From assembly GCA_004022145.1 (NCBI GenBank), contig RCNU01000003.1: a DNA stretch of 64,000 nt, one strand, 5' to 3'. Source of the stretch: Paecilomyces variotii (taxonomy: Eukaryota). The notes under the pieces were generated by a model. The model saw nothing but the letters and a program-made list of their open reading frames with translations. It was not told the DNA's origin and searched no databases. Every line of letters begins with the position of its first letter. The stretch's first letter is position 1. Positions 61,174 to 64,000 of the stretch are shown here, piece after piece. The position numbers and the translations under genes were made by a program.

Positions 61174-63339
61174 ATGGAACATTCACCATCCATATCTCGA
61201 GCTTCCACGGAGGATCCTGACGACGAGCTCCCTGGCAAACGACCGTCTTTTGCAGGCTTCCCGCCCATCTTCGTTCTCCCAACTCACCTCACTCTGGATG
61301 AATTGCATCAAGTCGAAGAGACGCTGGCAGACTGCCGCGCACCTCTGACATATGATGTCTCTGAGGCTAAATTAGTCTTAGGGAAGGTGAGCCAGAAGAA
61401 ACGTGCAGCGCTGGAGTTGAGGTCGCGTGGTCTCTGGACGGAGGAAGTAAGCAACAGTACACCCAGTCCGGAACCGCCTGTTAAACGAAGACGGTTGGAA
61501 AGGGGAGTCGAAAAGCAGCTCAAGACACGCACAGAGGAATCTGAGGTGATCAACCTGGATACAGAATCAGAGAACGAAGTGGATGGTGAAACGAGTCATC
61601 ATGTCCCGGCAAAGCATCTCAGAAAAGCGAAATCGCCATCTCCAGCAGCGGCTTCGACGACTTCATGCGCGACGACTTCTTCTTCTCTTGCCCTAGCTCC
61701 TGCGGGAGAGGTCAAGGTCGTCAAGCTCGAATGGTTCCATGAGTGCATGGAAGCTAGGAAGTCGTTATCTCCAGCTCCTTATGTCGTCTATCGCGCTCGA
61801 GTCATCCCTCGTCCGGAGAACTTGATGGTCACTGCAGTCACCAGGTTTGACAGCCGTTCTGTGAGCTCAGCCTCTCCGAGTCCGACCAGGACAAGCAAAG
61901 ACACAGATGCAAAACGTATCCTGGATCGCGCAAGGGAGGATGCAGCGTCAAAGCCATCACCATCTTTCATGAAACCGCATGTCGCGACTCGCCGATCAAG
62001 GGAGCGAGAGGACGGCCGTCAAAGTCAGTGGCAGCCCCCGAAGCTATATCGACAGACTACATCCGAACATGACGCGGCTGTTCCTCTACCACCTGCTCCG
62101 GACTGGGTCAAAAACAATATCACCTACGCTTGCATGCGGTCTGCACCGCTCCATCCGCCAAATGAGAGGTTCATAGAACAGCTCATCAAGATCCGCAAAG
62201 CGAGAGAGTTGACGCTGGATGAGATCGGCGTCCGGGCATACAGTACTTCAATCGCAGCCATAGCAGCCTATCCTTACGAGTTCCGAACTCCAATGGAGGT
62301 CCTCTCCCTCCCTGGCTGCGATACTAAAATTGCCAGTCTCTTCGCTGAGTTCAAAGAGAGTCCCGACGGCACTGTAGCCGCGGCACGGGTACTCGATACA
62401 GATCCAGTCCTACGCACTCTCCACACATTCTACAACATCTGGGGAGTAGGTGCCAAAACAGCTCGCGATTTCTACTATCTGCGCGAATGGCGCGATTTAG
62501 ACGACGTCATCGAGCACGGCTGGGACACGCTCTCGCGCGTGCAGCAGATCGGAGTCAAATACTACGATGAGTTCGGCCAAGGCATTCCGCGCGCTGAGGT
62601 TGAAGAAATCGGCCGCATTATCCATCGTCATGCGAACCGCGTCCGTCCAGGATGCGAATACGACGGCCGTGGAGTCGAATGTATCATCGTCGGCGGCTAT
62701 CGTCGCGGCAAGGATGTCAGCGGCGACGTCGACCTTGTCCTCAGCCATCGCAACGAGACCGTAACGAAGAACCTGGTCGTCGATGTCGTCCGAAGTCTCG
62801 AGGAAGAAGGCTGGATCACACACACCCTATCTCTGCACATGACGACTTCCCATCGCGATCAACAAACCCTCCCTTTCCGCGGCGACGACCCTCCAGGCCA
62901 AACATTCGACACTCTCGATAAAGCCCTCGTCGTATGGCAAGATCCCCATTACGACGACAACGACAACGACAACGACAACGACCATAACCCAAACACCGAA
63001 ACTGAAACCGACCTACCACCCGAAGACCAAGCGCGTGCAAAACGACGCCGAAACCCGAACCCCCACCGTCGTGTCGACATCATCATCTCTCCCTGGCGGA
63101 CCGTCGGCTGCGCCGTACTTGGCTGGTCTGGCGATACTACCTTCGAGCGCGACCTACGACGATACGCGAGGAAAGCGCACAGATGGAAGTTTGATTCGAG
63201 CGGTGTTCGGGAACGGACGTCTGGTGGACAGGTCATAGATCTTGAGCGTGGAGGCGCCACGTGGGAAGAGAGGGAGAAGTTGGTCATGGAAGGGTTGGGT
63301 GTGGGATGGAGACCGGCGACGGAGAGGTGTACGAGGTAG
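61174..63339 (+). CDS. POL4: Family X DNA polymerase with N-terminal BRCT (Pol4/mu/lambda-like, ~721 aa, intronless)
   Basis: BRCT (PIFVLPTHL..VVKLEWF), lyase domain (LPGCDTKIA), HhH IWGVGAKTA, palm VGGYRRGK..SGDVDLV, RRVDII, LGWSG..FERDLRR, LGVGWRPATERC. Confidence 0.92.
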   Translation: MEHSPSISRASTEDPDDELPGKRPSFAGFPPIFVLPTHLTLDELHQVEETLADCRAPLTYDVSEAKLVLGKVSQKKRAALELRSRGLWTEEVSNSTPSPEPPVKRRRLERGVEKQLKTRTEESEVINLDTESENEVDGETSHHVPAKHLRKAKSPSPAAASTTSCATTSSSLALAPAGEVKVVKLEWFHECMEARKSLSPAPYVVYRARVIPRPENLMVTAVTRFDSRSVSSASPSPTRTSKDTDAKRILDRAREDAASKPSPSFMKPHVATRRSREREDGRQSQWQPPKLYRQTTSEHDAAVPLPPAPDWVKNNITYACMRSAPLHPPNERFIEQLIKIRKARELTLDEIGVRAYSTSIAAIAAYPYEFRTPMEVLSLPGCDTKIASLFAEFKESPDGTVAAARVLDTDPVLRTLHTFYNIWGVGAKTARDFYYLREWRDLDDVIEHGWDTLSRVQQIGVKYYDEFGQGIPRAEVEEIGRIIHRHANRVRPGCEYDGRGVECIIVGGYRRGKDVSGDVDLVLSHRNETVTKNLVVDVVRSLEEEGWITHTLSLHMTTSHRDQQTLPFRGDDPPGQTFDTLDKALVVWQDPHYDDNDNDNDNDHNPNTETETDLPPEDQARAKRRRNPNPHRRVDIIISPWRTVGCAVLGWSGDTTFERDLRRYARKAHRWKFDSSGVRERTSGGQVIDLERGGATWEEREKLVMEGLGVGWRPATERCTR
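62956..62982 (+). repeat. (GACAAC)4 hexanucleotide coding repeat (DNDNDNDND) in the Pol X palm insertion
   Basis: gacaacgacaacgacaacgacaacgac read directly. Confidence 0.9.
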
Positions 63340-63900
63340 TTAGTTAACATAAGGTAAATATAGTTAACTAAGTATCGATTTTAGTAACTAGCAATCTATA
63401 GATATTTGGGAGCGGATGTGTTGAAACAAGCTAGGGATATATCGTAACCACCATACATATATATACACGCATTAAGCTTGTTTGTTATCAAGATCTATAC
63501 CCCCTTTTATCATCTACACCATTTTTTTCAGTCTATTCTTCAGTTTTCCATAGAGTAAGGATTCTGTTCATTTATCGAAACAACCGCTCGCTATCCCGTA
63601 CATTGTATACATACTAGGAGACTCATTAAGAACACTGAAAACTCATAGAAAACTGCTTTCGAATCCGAACTGATTCGAATCATCGGCAACAACCAAAACA
63701 ACAAAAGGAGAAGAAGAAGAAGACGAAGAAGAAAAGAAAGATGGTGATGAATGCCTAAGATTTTATTGCACATAAATAAATTTCCCCAAGCGCGCTTTCG
63801 ACAAATAATAAGCATACACTATCCCTCCTCCGATTCCACACTCTTCAAGAGTTAGTTTCCCGGTAAGAAAGAAAGAAAGAAGTAAAAAAGTGATCTGGAA

Positions 63901-63999
63901 TCATATGCCCGGCCTTGAGCTGGCCATTTCGCCGTAGCGTCCTCGGGCTCTCGTGGTGTCGTAAGCATTAACTACCCTCATCTGTCCACCTTCGTCGGC
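63901..63999 (-). CDS. Probable 3' end of a minus-strand gene entering from outside the window
   Basis: Open GC-rich frame ADEGGQMRVVNAYDTTRARGRYGEMASSRPGI* ending at TGA 63903-63901, followed by a pyrimidine/AT-rich 3'UTR-like stretch. Too short to identify. Confidence 0.4.
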   Translation of the reverse strand, partial: ADEGGQMRVVNAYDTTRARGRYGEMASSRPGI

Positions 64000-64000
64000 C

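Noticed and set aside
1..64000. tRNA, 5S rRNA, CRISPR-like arrays, intact transposase/LTR elements, secondary-metabolite backbone genes
   Set aside because: No T-loop/cloverleaf, 5S signature, regularly spaced repeat-spacer array, RT/DDE ORF or PKS/NRPS domains were seen by eye. Small ncRNAs could still have been missed without a covariance-model search.

Overview
Eukaryotic, intron-containing DNA from a filamentous ascomycete, most likely Eurotiales (Aspergillus/Penicillium-like). The basis is short GT-AG introns with CTAAC/CTGAC branch sites and the gene content. I could build in-frame spliced models for about 22 protein-coding genes. A conserved-looking backbone (acetyl-CoA carboxylase, nudE, a FAR1-domain/isochorismatase fusion, TRS20, ECM14, a Sec7-PH GEF, NOSIP-like, NUC1/EndoG, a ZIP transporter, NSRP1-like, a NiCoT nickel permease, a Pol X) is interrupted by accessory-looking patches. 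The first (~3.3-7.1 kb) holds a small stand-alone kinase with a GC-AG intron and a PD-(D/E)xK nuclease-like gene in TA-rich, RIP-like DNA. The second (~24.6-34.2 kb) holds an HNH-nuclease pseudogene, a PhyH dioxygenase, a PTH11-like receptor and a BTB protein. A SET-domain gene lies at 45.3-46.7 kb. The most interesting observations are the kinase + nuclease pair, which resembles a split Spok/Crinkler-like toxin-antidote module, and a transposase-derived FAR1 zinc DNA-binding domain fused to a biuret/guanylurea-hydrolase-type enzyme. I found no tRNA, rRNA, CRISPR array or intact transposase. All family assignments come from motif recognition by eye; no searches were run.
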